Shown piece after piece: positions 11,646 through 24,111 of a stretch of DNA of 64,000 nt. The stretch is from Monocercomonoides exilis PA203. Its lineage: Eukaryota > Protista > Preaxostyla. The notes beneath the pieces are model-generated. The model made no database searches. It was given only the letters and a program-made list of their open reading frames with translations, and was not told the origin of the DNA. Numbering within the stretch: the stretch's first letter is position 1; the number at the start of each line of letters is the position of its first letter. The translations under genes were made by a program, and so were the position numbers. The stretch is taken from the NCBI GenBank assembly GCA_001643675.2, contig LSRY02000008.1:1798001-1862000 (forward strand). The letters run 5' to 3'.

Positions 11646-13151
11646 GTGAGAAAAGGGGAAGAGAATGAAAAGTTTGTTGTGGGAATGGGGAAGGATGTTG
11701 AGGCAGGGGCATTTGATGTGAGTGGAAGCATTGGGGTGTTGACAAACGTCACATTGAAAGGGTGGAGAAGAGGGGGAGAGATCTATTCAGGCAGGCTATT
11801 TGGAGGGAAGGGATATGGAAGGGAGAAGGGTGGAGGTGAAGAAAAAGGAGGAGAAGGAGGAGAAATAGGAAGAGGAAGAGGAAGAGAAGGAGATGGAGAA
11901 GGAGAAGGCATCAAAGGGAGTATTTCAGTGAGTGAATCACGATTCTCTTCTTTTTGCGTCTCATCAGCCCCGTTCCTATCATCCCCTTCTATTCCCCTAA
12001 TGTCCCTCTCCAAACTCACTTTTTTCAACATCTCAATAGCAAATGAGGCATGTTCACCTCCAACCACTACGTCAGCCCAAGCTACATGTTTGATGAATAG
12101 TTGCTCATTCTCATCAGTTTGTGATGTGTATGATGGCGGAATTGTTCCTTCCCTCAACAACCCCTTTGCCTCTTTGATTGCCTCAAATACCTCGTTTGTT
12201 GGATGTTGCAGAACAAGAAATGTTGTTTGCGAAGGAACATCAGACAGAAAGTTGACTCCGGGGAGACAAAATGAAACAGAAAATGGGACCAATTCGTTTA
12301 TTTGGTGCGAGTGGAACGGGTCGAAAACGACTGGAAACAAAGATGATTATACTGATGATGCTTCAAATGGTGGAGCAATTCGAATGTACAATCTCAATTC
12401 TGGAGAACTATCTGTATCTCATTGCTCATTCAATGATTGCACTGCATTCTACCATGGGGGAGCAATCATGTGCCACGCAATCAAGACGATCAAGATTGTG
12501 AGCAACGTGTTCAATTCGTGCACAGCGCATAACTTTGGCGGGGGAGGGGTGTATGCTTACCAAATAAGTTCATGTGCCCTTGTCAGTGGGTGCGACTTCC
12601 AGATGTGCAAGGCTCACCACGATGGGGGAGGGTTGAGGTTGTTCAATTTCAGTGTGCCTGGATCAGGGTGCATCGGGGAAGAAGATGGAGAAGGAGGGAG
12701 CTCGTGTGTGTTTGAGTGTAATTTCACTTCGTGCTCAACAATAAGCACATGGGGCGGAGGGCTGTATTGCAACACTGTTCCTGCTGCATTCAAAGTGAGG
12801 AGCATTCAGTTAATTTCATGTTCAGCAACAGCAAATGGAGGGGGATTGTATTTTGAATCCAGAAACACAGCAGTTCCAACCAATTATTTTTATTGTTATT
12901 TTCTGTTCTTTCATGAATGCAAGTGCTCTGCAAATACGCCATATGGTCACGATGCGATATATTATGATCAATTCAATGTTTTTTTGTCTTCTGGAAATCC
13001 GTTCAATGAATGTTACACGACAAACACTGATAATCAGAGGGTGTGCTATGTGTATTATTATTCGAGTTCAGGTTCTTGGGTTTTTGGCCAAACAACGAAA
13101 ATGGATTGGCTGAAAGACAAATTGGTTTGCATTTCAGCTTGCGGAAGCTAG
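11646..13151 (+). CDS. Cassette D: beta-helix variable domain with G/E-rich linker upstream
   Basis: 501 aa ORF with the most 5'-complete homology (VLTNVTLKG...GSISVSESRFSSFCVSSAPFL); ends just after WLKDK. Confidence 0.8.
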   Translation: MRKGEENEKFVVGMGKDVEAGAFDVSGSIGVLTNVTLKGWRRGGEIYSGRLFGGKGYGREKGGGEEKGGEGGEIGRGRGREGDGEGEGIKGSISVSESRFSSFCVSSAPFLSSPSIPLMSLSKLTFFNISIANEACSPPTTTSAQATCLMNSCSFSSVCDVYDGGIVPSLNNPFASLIASNTSFVGCCRTRNVVCEGTSDRKLTPGRQNETENGTNSFIWCEWNGSKTTGNKDDYTDDASNGGAIRMYNLNSGELSVSHCSFNDCTAFYHGGAIMCHAIKTIKIVSNVFNSCTAHNFGGGGVYAYQISSCALVSGCDFQMCKAHHDGGGLRLFNFSVPGSGCIGEEDGEGGSSCVFECNFTSCSTISTWGGGLYCNTVPAAFKVRSIQLISCSATANGGGLYFESRNTAVPTNYFYCYFLFFHECKCSANTPYGHDAIYYDQFNVFLSSGNPFNECYTTNTDNQRVCYVYYYSSSGSWVFGQTTKMDWLKDKLVCISACGS

Positions 13152-14420
13152 TTATGTATGCTGCACCAAAAACAGTTAGGAAATGAAATTGCCCTGATTT
13201 CATATTGTTGTCATTGCTGTGCACAAAAAGTTGCGATAAGCACAAATTTGAAATTCTTTTGTTTTTTATTGTATTTGCATGCAAAATGTTTGTTCATCAG
13301 TTTGATGTATTGAAAGCAGTCCAATTATTTTTGAATAATTCTTTTCAAAAAAGGAAACGTGTTTCCAGCTTATTTTCTGAATTCTGATGAACAATTTTTA
13401 TTTTTATTTTTATTTTATTTTTATTTTTTTATTTTTATTTTTTTATTTTTTTTTTTTTTTTTGAGTATTAGTAAATTTTAATAAATAAATATACAAACGT
13501 TCCCTAATTTGAAATCAAGAAAAACGAATATTTCAAAAAGAAAAAAAAGACATCAAACTGGAAATCAAAAATAATTTTTTCCCATGTGTTTGCTCATTTT
13601 TGAAACAAAACATCAAATCGGAATTTTAAATAGAAAATAATATGATGTCAAAAAGAATTTCTCATATGCAGAATGAATGTCTTTTCAAGAAAGAACGACA
13701 GTTAGATTAATTATTCTGTGGAAGATCCTTTTAATTTATAAAAAGTTGGAAAAAATGAAATATTGTTCTTCAAAATGATTCGATTTATAATTTCATTTCA
13801 TCCTTTTCTTGTGTTGTGCTTCATCTTATTCAATCATAGGAGTCTATTCCAATAAACAATATTAAATAAGACAATGCGATAATAAGCAATTTCCATTGTT
13901 TAATTACAATCTCGTGAAGGATATATGTTCTTGAATCATAATTCAAATTATGGGAAGACATCATTCATCATTGAAGATTGGCAAAGAAGAATCACCTGAA
14001 TTGAAATAAGTATTGAAATGAATTATCCACTTGAAAGCAATTGAAAATTAATCATTCATCAAAAAATATGGAAATGATAAAGCACACAAAAAAGTTCAAT
14101 TCAAAAGATTATTTGTAAGATTGTCATTTCTTTGATTATGACAATGGACCAAAATAATAAAAAACTTCTTTGAAACAAATGACAAATAAATCCACCTCGG
14201 CAGTGTGTTATTGAGTTTTTCCATGTTGAATATGTAGCAATGAAAGCAATTGAGACAAATTTAAATAATATCTGAACTTTCAAATTGAGATTATTTAAGT
14301 CTCTTATGATTTCTTTTGTATTAATAAAGGATTGAAATGTGAAAAAAAGTTGACAGAAAATGTTTTTGAAAAAGCAAATCAATTGATATTCATTTAAACT
14401 GATCAACTGAAGATTTCTGT

Positions 14421-15478
14421 TTATTCATCAGAATAATTAGAAGCAACTTCTACGTCATCAATACCATACGAATCTTCTTCAATTTCAGCATCGTGCAACT
14501 CATGTTGAATGTCATCCGTATCAGAGATTTCATCATTTTCTGTCAGAACCAATTCATCATCCGCAGTAATAGGTCTTTCTTTTGGAACAAAATATTGCAT
14601 TTTTTTGTTAAATATCAACAAAATTTGAGTTTGAAATTCGTTTTAGAAGCCACATGCACAAGCAATTTGTTTTGAATGTTTTTCTAATACCTTGCAAAGG
14701 GAAAAAATGCTCTTCAATGACTCTATAACTCTTCAACTGCATTGGTGCAAGCACCTGTTTCTGGGTCTTTGTTGTTCCTTTTGTGGCAAACGATGATATT
14801 AACATATCCTTAATCTTTCAATCAATTGCAGCTTTTCCATTCTTCACGAATTATTGTCGTTCCTTGAAAAATTCTATCTTGAATTATCGGGATCAATGTT
14901 TCTTTTGTTCCGCTTGGAACGATGATAACGGGATATGTTCCAGCTCCTCCTCCTTCCTTGCTCTCAACTCCTCCAAAAATCCACAGCATGTCCTTCTTTC
15001 TTCCTCTTCCATATTTCCTTCACCTCCAAACATCCTCATTAATTTCGAAGAATTTTCAAGATCCTCATAATTTTGATATCATTTCATTCCATATTTGTGT
15101 GCAAACAACTCGAACAATGCTTATCCATAAACCTATTGTTGGACAAGAAACATCTGTCAGCAAATGAATCTGTTTCAATCCAATTCCAATCCAATAATAT
15201 AAAAGAATTAGTAGAACAATATAAATTGGAAGTTTCATTTTGGAAAAAATGGAATTTTGAAATATTGAGGTTTTTTTTCAATATGTTTGACGGCAAATGT
15301 GTTTGTATCCTTCTGTTTCTTCTTTTTCTTTCCTTTTATTTCTGCATATAGGGCAACCCTTTGCAGCATACTCTTGAAAACGTTGAAAAAAACCAATTTC
15401 AAGTTTCTTTTTTATCAAAGAAGAACGCTCTCAATTGAAATATTGTTTGCTATTCTTTTCCTCCACAGATTTTGCCAT
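14421..15478 (-). mobile_element. Decayed Merlin / ISXO2-like (IS1595-family) DDE transposase
   Basis: Manual translation: CPICR (Zn-ribbon-like); FEINEDVWR*RKYGRGRKKDMLWIFGGVES; KETLIPIIQDRIFQGTTIIREEWKS; GYVNIIVCHKRNNKDPETGACTNAVEEL. This follows the family pattern EIDE..KRKYNRGR..WVFGGVE..GT.I.SD.W..GY.H..VNH...DP.TG.HTN.IE; several stops. Confidence 0.85.
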
Positions 15479-15809
15479 TAAACACTTTTGATCATAAACT
15501 TTTTATTCAAACATTAATAACTTCATCAAAATTTATAAACTTCTTCAAAAGACCTTCCGATAACTATAAATTTATGAATTGTATCAATATGAAACGTTAA
15601 TGACTTTTCCTATTTTTTTGGTGCAAAATTGAAAGCTCCGATATTCATTCATTTTGTCGCAATTGATCATTCTATCAGTAATTCCTTTCATCCAACATGC
15701 ATGACTCGCCATTTAATTCTTCATGCTTTTTCCTGCAAACTTTGTCAAATTTGGTGGAACAATTGCATAATTTTGAAGTGCTTGAAACTTTATTTTTCCA
15801 ATATATATA

Positions 15810-16071
15810 TATGAGTTATTATTTTTTTTCAATAAATTTTTTTCTTTCAAAAATTTCGGTTCGAAAATTTTCCTTGAATATCAACAAAAGAACACTGAGA
15901 ATTGAAAAAGCTCATAGAAGACATCTTCATCTTTATTTGAGTGAAAACATTTGTTTCCAAAACAGTTGTGATAATTTTTCAATTCGAATACAAAATCTCT
16001 TCCCAATGACAAACAAGCTTAGAAAAATGAACACCCCGAAAAAAGTTATAATTTCAAAAATAATCACCATA
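15810..16071. mobile_element. ~260 bp MITE (TIR family TATGGGTGATTATTTTTGAAAT)
   Basis: Right end ATTTCAAAAATAATCACCATA; degenerate left TIR in a (TA)n run; interior homologous to the copy at 23851-24111. Confidence 0.7.
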
Positions 16072-17169
16072 TATTCGATCATTACAACGAACTTTTTGAA
16101 ATTGAAAATAGAAAAAAAAGACCTCTTTTAAATTTTTCTTGAATATATTGTGTGAAACTCACAACTTTTTGTGAGCTTGATCAAATCAAATTTCATTAAA
16201 AGGACGTTTTTGAAGAGAAAAAGGATTATTATTTCGATATTTTGGGAAAATTCATGAATGCAATTAAAGCCTGGGGATTAATTTTTTTCAATACATTTAT
16301 CAAGACAAACATCCAGAATGTCAAATTCACCATTTGAGTTTTGCTTAGTTGTTAGAAAAATGAAACTTACAGATATTGAATATGCAGCAGGTGCAACAAT
16401 AACTGGATAATTTTCATAAGCACAAGATGAGCAAACAATAAACTGACAAAGAAATTTTCTCGAACATTTTGATATTATGGAAAGAGTTAACACAATCTCA
16501 AATATGCACTTTTTGATGTTCATTTGAAAAAAAAGGTTGGATGTTGGAAAAGGGTTAAACACATGAAATGCATGGATTCAATCAACCATAATCCTTTTGT
16601 ATAACAAAGCTGTAGAAAAAGTGTAGAATTTGATGAGCATGAATGGAAAAGAAGATAATTCAAGATGAACAACAGGAAAAAGGAGATTCAGATATTTGGA
16701 AAAAATAGAAAAGGATCAGGAAGAATAAGAATAAATAAAAAATGACCCTTTTAAAATTGATGATATCAATGAAATCAAAATTTCAAAAGAAGATGAAACT
16801 TCAAGTGATGAGGTTGATGATGGGGAAAATTTGTCAAATTGGAGTGAAGACTAATTAATTTTGTTTTCAATTTTGTAATGACCAAAAAATAAATTCATTT
16901 TGTTGAATCAAATAAAAGAAAAAGAAAAAGAATAAGAATAAGAATAAGAAAAAGAAAAGAAAAAGAAATAAAATATAATATAATAAAACTAATTATTCAT
17001 TTTTTACAAGCAATTCACTATTAATAAAACATTCAAGCACAGAAATTATATTGTTTTCAATCAACACATCTTCATTTTTAACAAAAAGATTCAACTTCAA
17101 TATACTGCCGTCACGTCCGCGATCACACCTTCCAATCCTTTCTCATCTTCATCTGCACATCAAAAACTC

Positions 17170-17800
17170 CCGTGCTGACCGACACACACAAGCCCAGCCA
17201 GATTGTTGTGTTCTGGATGACACTCCATGATTTCCGCCAGCTCCTTCAGGGATCCTTCTCTTTCTTTCGTCTATTCTATATTTTCTCTATTTTCTGAAAA
17301 ATAACAAAAATAACAATCAAAAAAATGTTTCAAACCCGAATATCATTGACACACCTCAAACTCAGCAAAGCCATTTCCTCTTCTGTTTGTGTCTCCTCGT
17401 TGTCTTCTCTCTTCAACAAAGCTTTCACAAGGCAAGACACACAAATCGAAAGCAATCCAGGCGGGTAGTTTTCACTCAGAGAAACATGGCATTCGCAAAG
17501 ATCAGTCACCTGCTTTTCCCTCTTTCTCTTCTTTCTTCTCAGTTTCATCAGCAAGCATTCCTATCAACTCTTCCGTTCAACTCGGAAAAAATGAAAGCGA
17601 CGATTAAGGATCCTCTTCATTATTTTATTACATCCACCAACCTTCAATATCACGACTGAATTTTCTGGTGAATATTTTCTTTTTCTCCATCTTTTTCTGC
17701 ATTCTGTTGAGCAGCTCTGCCTCGAAAACGGATTGAAATTCCTCTTCGTTCATCCACTCTATAACACCCAAGGGGTTTTCTGCTTCTGCCCATCCCCCGC
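17170..17800 (-). pseudogene. Fragment of an expanded helical (ARM/HEAT-like) repeat protein family
   Basis: LLSICVSCLVKALLKREDNEETQTEEEMALLSL...KELAEIMECHPEHNNL resembles a multicopy family I recall from Monocercomonoides; interrupted frames. Confidence 0.5.
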
Positions 17801-18249
17801 GAAATCTTCAAGCCCACAAAACAATTATTCAACAAAAAAACAATCAAAGAAAAAAAGAAAGAAATGAAATTGACAAGAATTCCATTGAAACAATGTCTAC
17901 AGACCATAAACATCCATTTGTGCAAAACACAGCCTGCATTTTTGGAAATGCACTGCAGCCAGAAAGAATTGCCATTTCGCTTTTCGCATTGAACGAGCCC
18001 ACGCCTGAACAGAAGAAACAGGCAAATAAATACAATGTTATGCAATCACAAAAATAGCTGCGCTCGCGCCATCCTATTTACTGTTGGTATTTTTTGACTT
18101 GCATCCAGGAAGAAAAACAACGGTTTGTAACTTGAGTCTTTTTTGTAATGGATTCAATGATCATCAGATTTGAAAAAACGGAATATTCCATCACAGAATG
18201 AGAAATCCGTGAGGGAGCATGACCTGTAGAGCTAGGAATATTATTTCCT

Positions 18250-18550
18250 GTGGAGGCAACAAGAAACGAGGCAATGCAATATTTTTGGAATTCTGCCTGA
18301 TGATTTTTGTCAATTTGATGAACAAGGGGAATGCAACAATTTCATCAATCACACAAAAAGACATAATGTATGTAATTTATATTGTTCTATATGTTGTGAA
18401 GATATTTCCATCTGTATCCTCTCCAAAGTGCAGGAATCCGAATTATTGTTGAAATGGCCAATCTCCGCTTTGGAAAGCAATACGATGAGAACGGAGCAGA
18501 TTATTATATAGGCATTGGGAAATAAATGAAGTTACGGAAGATATATGATT
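18250..18550 (+). pseudogene. Partial third copy of relic X
   Basis: CTATATGTTGTGAAGATATTTCCATCyGTATCCTCTCCAAAGT shared with ~2626-2668 and, more diverged and inverted, ~46500-46545. Confidence 0.55.
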
Positions 18551-19452
18551 TTCATGATTTTTATTTGGTGCAAGAGATGAAAACAAATTCAACTGATGTT
18601 TTGTTGAATGAAGATTTATGGATGGAATTCTGTGAAGGACAAAATCTGCACAAAACTATGTAGAATTTTGATCCTAAGGCAAAGGAGAAACTTTTTGGGG
18701 CAAGGAAAGTGGCTGGCAAATAAAAGGAAGGATATTAATCACAAAAAAAAGGCAATAAATCAACGAAAAAAAGGAGAGCCCCAAAATATCAGTTTTATTT
18801 AGAAGGTTTTCCTGTTTCTCGGACTGTGCCAGGCAGACATGGAAGGCTGCGAAATTCTATTTGTGATTCCGCTTTTGCTTCAAAAGAGTGGAGAAACGCC
18901 AACTACGAGACATCCAATTATCGTATATTAGCTTGCAGTCGAACAACATTCTGTCCAACCACATTTGAATTTCATTCTTCGAAGAGGCAGCCATTTTGAG
19001 CAAGCAAGGCGATTATCATTCGAAGTTTGCTTTCTTCGAAGCCACAGCCAATGAAAGAGAATATGATGGTTTTTGTTTTCGTCGTTTGTTTTTCAACAAA
19101 GCTGTTGTTTCGCTCAGCTTCTATGTTTGTGCATGGTCCTTTGAATTTTGTGGCTCAGTTGCTGAAGATGGCATTACAATTCACGTTGCAATTCACATTG
19201 CGATCTGAACACACGACCCATGTCAAATGAGTGCCAACTTCTTTTTCATTTTTTATTTTTTTTTATCCTCCTTTTTTTACCTCTTTCTTCCTCAACAACG
19301 TTGCTGAAGAACAGCAAAAATCATTTTGGTTTTATTTCAGCTGCTTTCATCTTCGTCTTCTGCAACCTCCTTGATTTTTGAATGACATATCTGTTGCAAT
19401 GGATGAAGTGCCGTACCCTCCAAAACACTGAAACACGAACATTCCTGTCTTT

Positions 19453-19879
19453 TTCTTCATCTCCATCTTCTTCATCTCCATCTTCTTCATCTCCATCTTC
19501 TTCATCTCCATCTTCTTCATCTCCATCTTCTTCATCTCCATCTTCTTCATCTCCATCTTCTTCATCTCCATCTTCTTCATCTCCATCTTCTTCATCTCCA
19601 TCTTCTTCATCTCCATCTTCTTCATCTCCATCTTCTTCATCTCCATCTTCTTCATCTCCATCTTCTTCATCTCCATCTTCTTCATCTCCATCTTCTTCAT
19701 CTCCATCTTCTTCATCTCCATCTTCTTCATCTCCATCTTCTTCATCTCCATCTTCTTCATCTCCATCTTCTTCATCTCCATCTTCTTCATCTCCATCTTC
19801 TTCATCTCCATCTTCTTCATCTCCATCTTCTTCATCTCCATCTTCTTCATCTCCATCTTCTTCATCTCCATCTTCTTCA
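19453..19879. repeat. 15-bp minisatellite (TTCTTCATCTCCATC) x ~28
   Basis: Perfect tandem array seen directly; reads (SSSSP)n on + and (EEDGD)n on -. Confidence 0.97.
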
Positions 19880-21106
19880 CCATCATTTTCTTCTTCTTTG
19901 CCTTCATTCACTCATATCCCTCAGCCCTAGCAACAGTTTTCACTTTCTCCACATTTTTCTGTATTTTTCTGTATTTCTCCGAAACCTTTTCGATTTCTTC
20001 TCCTCAGTTGTCTCCTTCTTCTATTTTTTATTCGAATAATTTCCCTTCGCAGAATCCTAAATAGTCAGCTTCGCTGATATTTTCATCATCTTCATCTTCT
20101 TCTTTTTCATCAAAGATAATTTCATCGTTGTCAACTTCTATTTCAGCAACTTTGTTTTGTTCATCTTCCTTTCCATTTCTTTCTTTTCTTTCTTTTTTTG
20201 AAGAAAGAGGTAGTTTGAGATGTTAGAATTATTCGAATGGAAGCGAAACGGAGGACTAAAGAAGAATGATTTGTGGGGTTGAAGAGAAGATATATCATTA
20301 GTTGTGAGATTGGGAGCGGAGACAGAGAAGGGGAGTTTGATTGGCAGAAGGGAGTAATATTTTGAGAAGAAGAAGGAATGTGCGAAGGCTGGTCGATATG
20401 AAATGGATTGGTTTGTCATTTATTTATTTATTTATTTATTAATTTTTATAATAATATTTCAATTTTTTTTTTGAAAACATTTGGATTATTGAAAGAATGT
20501 TCAACGACAAGGAATGGACAAGGAATATGGTTTGAGGGGATATTGGATGCATTAAAAGAAATCGGGATATAATAATTGGAGGGCGTTTGGTGGAGTGAGC
20601 GGGCGCAAAATATAAATGAAAGGAAAAGAGAAGAAGATATATTTTTATTTGAAGGTTTTGGAAGGCATATCGGGAGAATCTTGTTAAAAGCCGAAAATGA
20701 GATCAAGGAATTGATGATACAGCAGAAGAAGAAATTTGGCAAAAAGTCGAGAAGAAGAAGCGGAAGATGGTGAAAAGAAAATGGTACGGGGCTTTTCATA
20801 TTTATTATTGAAAATTTTTTAACAATTTTATATTTTTGTATATTTTTTTTTTAATTTTTTGTTTTATTGAATTTTTTTAAATGATAGCAGGGGCTTTTGC
20901 GTGAATATTCAAAAGCGATGGAAGTGAATGGAATAAGGTTAGGAGCAAAAGATGGAAACAAAAGGAAAAGGAATACCGGGAAAGCAGACGATGAAGAAGG
21001 GGCAGAAGAGATAGAAAAATGTGCACAGCCATATTGGGTTATTTTGCGATATTTTTCTAAGAGGGGAAAGGAAGAGAAGGAGGCAAAAAAGGAAGCATTT
21101 CAGTGA

Positions 21107-22795
21107 GTGAGTCAAACTCCATTCCTCTCAACTCCCTCGATGCCATTTGCTTCTCTCTCCAAATTATCATTTTTCAACATCTCAACATCAAATGAGGCAT
21201 ATTCACCTTCTACCACTTCCTCATCCCAAACATCAAGTTTTATGAATAGTTGCTCATTTTCGTCTGTTTGTGACGTATATGATGGCGGAATTGTTCCTTC
21301 TTTGAACAGTCCATTGGCCTCTTTGACTGTCTCAAACACCTCATTCATTGGATGCTGCCGGACAAGGAATGTTGTTTGTGAAGGAACTTCAGATGGAAAG
21401 TTGAATCCAGGGAGGCAAAACATTACTGACAATGGAGCTAATTCATTCACTTGGTGCGAGTGGTACGGATCGACAACAACAGGAACAAACAATGATTATA
21501 CTGATGTGGATTCAAACGGAGGAGCAATCTGTATGTACAATCTGAGAAATGGAGAGCTTTCTGTTTCTCATTGCTCGTTTAATAATTGCGATGCTCACTG
21601 GTGTGGAGGAGGAATCATGTGTCATACAATCAAATCAGTCATTTCGGAAAATAACTTTTTCAATTCGTGCACCGCTCGGTACAGTTATGGAGGAGGATTA
21701 TACTCTTATTCGATCTCGGCATGTGCTCGGATCAGTGGATGCGAATTCCAGAATTGCAAAGCAAACAGTCAAGGCGGAGGTTTGAAACTTGAAAGTTTTC
21801 AGGTTTCAGGAACAGGATGCATTGAAGCAGAAAATGAAGGAGGAGAGAGTGCATGTGTGTTTGACTGCTGCTTCACATCATGCTCTCTTACAAATTCATA
21901 TGGTGGAGGTATGTATTGCTACAATGTTCCTAATCAATTCAAAATGAGGAGCGTTCAGTTTATCTCCTGTACAGCTTTGTCACAAGGTGGGGGAATGAGA
22001 TTGGAGCCAAATCGAGCAACAGGGCCAGTTGATGGGTGCTATTGTTATTTCCTATTTTTTCATGAGTGCAAGTGCTCAGCCAATCCTCCCAGTGGTCATG
22101 ATGTATTTTATGTTGATAAATACGATGTTTTCTTGAATGAGGGGAATCCGTTTTGCGAAAGCTATTCCACCAACAGCGATGATAGAAGAGTGTGCTATGT
22201 GTTTAACTTCTCGAATGCTGGTGTCTGGACATATGACCAAACATCAAAAAAGGATTGGTTGAAAGATAAAACGTTATACGTTTCAATGAATGGAAATGAT
22301 GAATATGAGCTGTGTGGGGCAAATACAACATTTGCATGTACAACAGTGAAGAAGGCGTTTGAGATGTGTGAAATACAGATTAGCTTGACAATCACACTGA
22401 TGGACGGGAATCACACAAGCGAGGCAACAACAATTGAGATTGGAGAAAAGAAGATTTCAGTTATTGGGAAAGGCAAAGATAAAAGTTTGATTGGAACAGG
22501 GGCACTTTCATCGGTAGGAATTCTATTCAGTGTTTCGACAGGACACCTTGGTTTATTGCACATGAAGGTTGATTGCAACTCAACAGCAGATTTTTCTTCG
22601 CCGAGTGTGGTTGTGGTGTCTGATGGGGGTGGGTCACTCTCATTGGAGGATGTTGTGATCACAACGAGTAAAACTGGAGGCTATGTGATGTCTTCGTCAG
22701 TGTTTGTGGTGGTGCTGTCACAACTGTCGATGGTTGGTGTGGAGATCAAAGACACGAATATTACACGGCTGCAGTTTTGTGAAACAGAATTGTGA
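21107..22795 (+). CDS. Cassette E: variable domain plus ~170 aa of the next module
   Basis: 562 aa ORF with the same framework; extends to GHLGLLHMKVDCNS...LSLEDVVIT. Confidence 0.8.
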   Translation: MSQTPFLSTPSMPFASLSKLSFFNISTSNEAYSPSTTSSSQTSSFMNSCSFSSVCDVYDGGIVPSLNSPLASLTVSNTSFIGCCRTRNVVCEGTSDGKLNPGRQNITDNGANSFTWCEWYGSTTTGTNNDYTDVDSNGGAICMYNLRNGELSVSHCSFNNCDAHWCGGGIMCHTIKSVISENNFFNSCTARYSYGGGLYSYSISACARISGCEFQNCKANSQGGGLKLESFQVSGTGCIEAENEGGESACVFDCCFTSCSLTNSYGGGMYCYNVPNQFKMRSVQFISCTALSQGGGMRLEPNRATGPVDGCYCYFLFFHECKCSANPPSGHDVFYVDKYDVFLNEGNPFCESYSTNSDDRRVCYVFNFSNAGVWTYDQTSKKDWLKDKTLYVSMNGNDEYELCGANTTFACTTVKKAFEMCEIQISLTITLMDGNHTSEATTIEIGEKKISVIGKGKDKSLIGTGALSSVGILFSVSTGHLGLLHMKVDCNSTADFSSPSVVVVSDGGGSLSLEDVVITTSKTGGYVMSSSVFVVVLSQLSMVGVEIKDTNITRLQFCETEL

Positions 22796-23850
22796 GGATT
22801 GTGGGGAAGAGAAAGTGTTCCGTGGGGTGAGAGAGGGAATGAAAAGAAAAGATAAAGCGAACAATGAAAGCTGAGTCACACGAAATGGAGAGTGTTTTGA
22901 GATGAATATTCTGGGGAGAGATTTATTGAAGTGGCTGAAAAGGTTCTTTGAGATGACGAAATATATTTTGCTATTTTTAATTTTCGAGAGGAGAGTGGAA
23001 GTTGCTTTGAGATTTTGTATCAGAAGATTTTTGGTTTTGTCAATTCTTTACAAATGGTCAGGAAAACAAAAAAAATTTTTTTATCAAAAGGATTTTTGAT
23101 TTTTCATTGAATCAAAAAGCATTTGGAAAAGATCCACAATAATCATTGTTTTGGGGCTTTAAGTGCGTTTTAATGATTTTTCGATTTTTCATTCATTAAT
23201 TTTTTAATTTTTAATAAAATGAGTGAGCTGTGAGATTTGCCTTTTTGGAATGCAATCAATAAACAGTAATTATCAGAAAACGTGCAAATTGATGAAAGCG
23301 ATGGAGAAAAGAGAAAAATTGTCAAAACTCAAGAAACGCGAAAAAAACGAGTTTTGTCATTCAAAGAAATAAATCGTTGTCAAAAACACTTCGGTTCTTA
23401 AAAAAAGACAATTATTATTAATACACTGATTTAGCAATTCTCTGTGAAATAATTATTAAGTGGATGTATTTCTTTTTTTTTAATCATTTCTTTTCTCTGA
23501 GCGTGGATCACATCTTTTATCTTTTCTTTCTGAGTGTGACAATAATATATGACAAATGAAAGATAATATAAATGTGTGTGCGTTATCCTTTTTGAAAAGT
23601 CGCAAATGTTTAATATCAGGGTTATATAAAATTTTGACCTTTTTGATAATTTTTGGTGATAAATCCATCAGACTTTATCACTTTGCAAATTAGAATAAAA
23701 CAATCGATATGAAGCGAGAATATGTGAATTGTGGAAAATCTTGATTGATTTTTTTGCAAAAATTGATCAAACAAGGAACATTCTCATTTGTCCTGGATAT
23801 TTAACATATGCAATTTTTCAAAAAGAATAACTCATATATATATATATATA

Positions 23851-24111
23851 TATGGGTGATTATTATTGAAATCATATTATTTCATACAAAAATTTCGAAT
23901 CGAAAATAAAACTTCAATATCAACAAAAGAACGCTGAAGAGTGAAAAGGCCTATAAAAAACAACAACATCTTTATTTGAACAAAAAGATTTATTTATTAA
24001 ACAATTGTGAAAAATTCACAAATTGCAGACAAAATCTCTTCCCAGTGACAAACAACCTTTAAAAAATGAACACCCCGAAAAAAGTTATAATTTCAAAAAT
24101 AATATCCCATA
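23851..24111. mobile_element. ~260 bp MITE (mirror copy 40454-40713)
   Basis: TATGGGTGATTATTATTGAAATCATA ... TATAATTTCAAAAATAATATCCCATA, next to a (TA)n run. Confidence 0.75.

Noticed and set aside
16240-16860. Possible second transposase remnant (stop-riddled frame with an acidic tail); similar decayed sequence at 13700-14400
   Set aside because: No diagnostic motif recognisable with confidence.
2180-17800. Stop-codon reassignment explaining the interrupted relic genes
   Set aside because: All three stops plus frameshifts occur in the relics, while a >7.7 kb ORF and the cassettes have no in-frame stops under the standard code.
19453-19879. CRISPR array or real (EEDGD)n / (KKMEM)n proteins
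   Set aside because: No spacers, purely tandem; the ORFs arise from the stop-free repeat.
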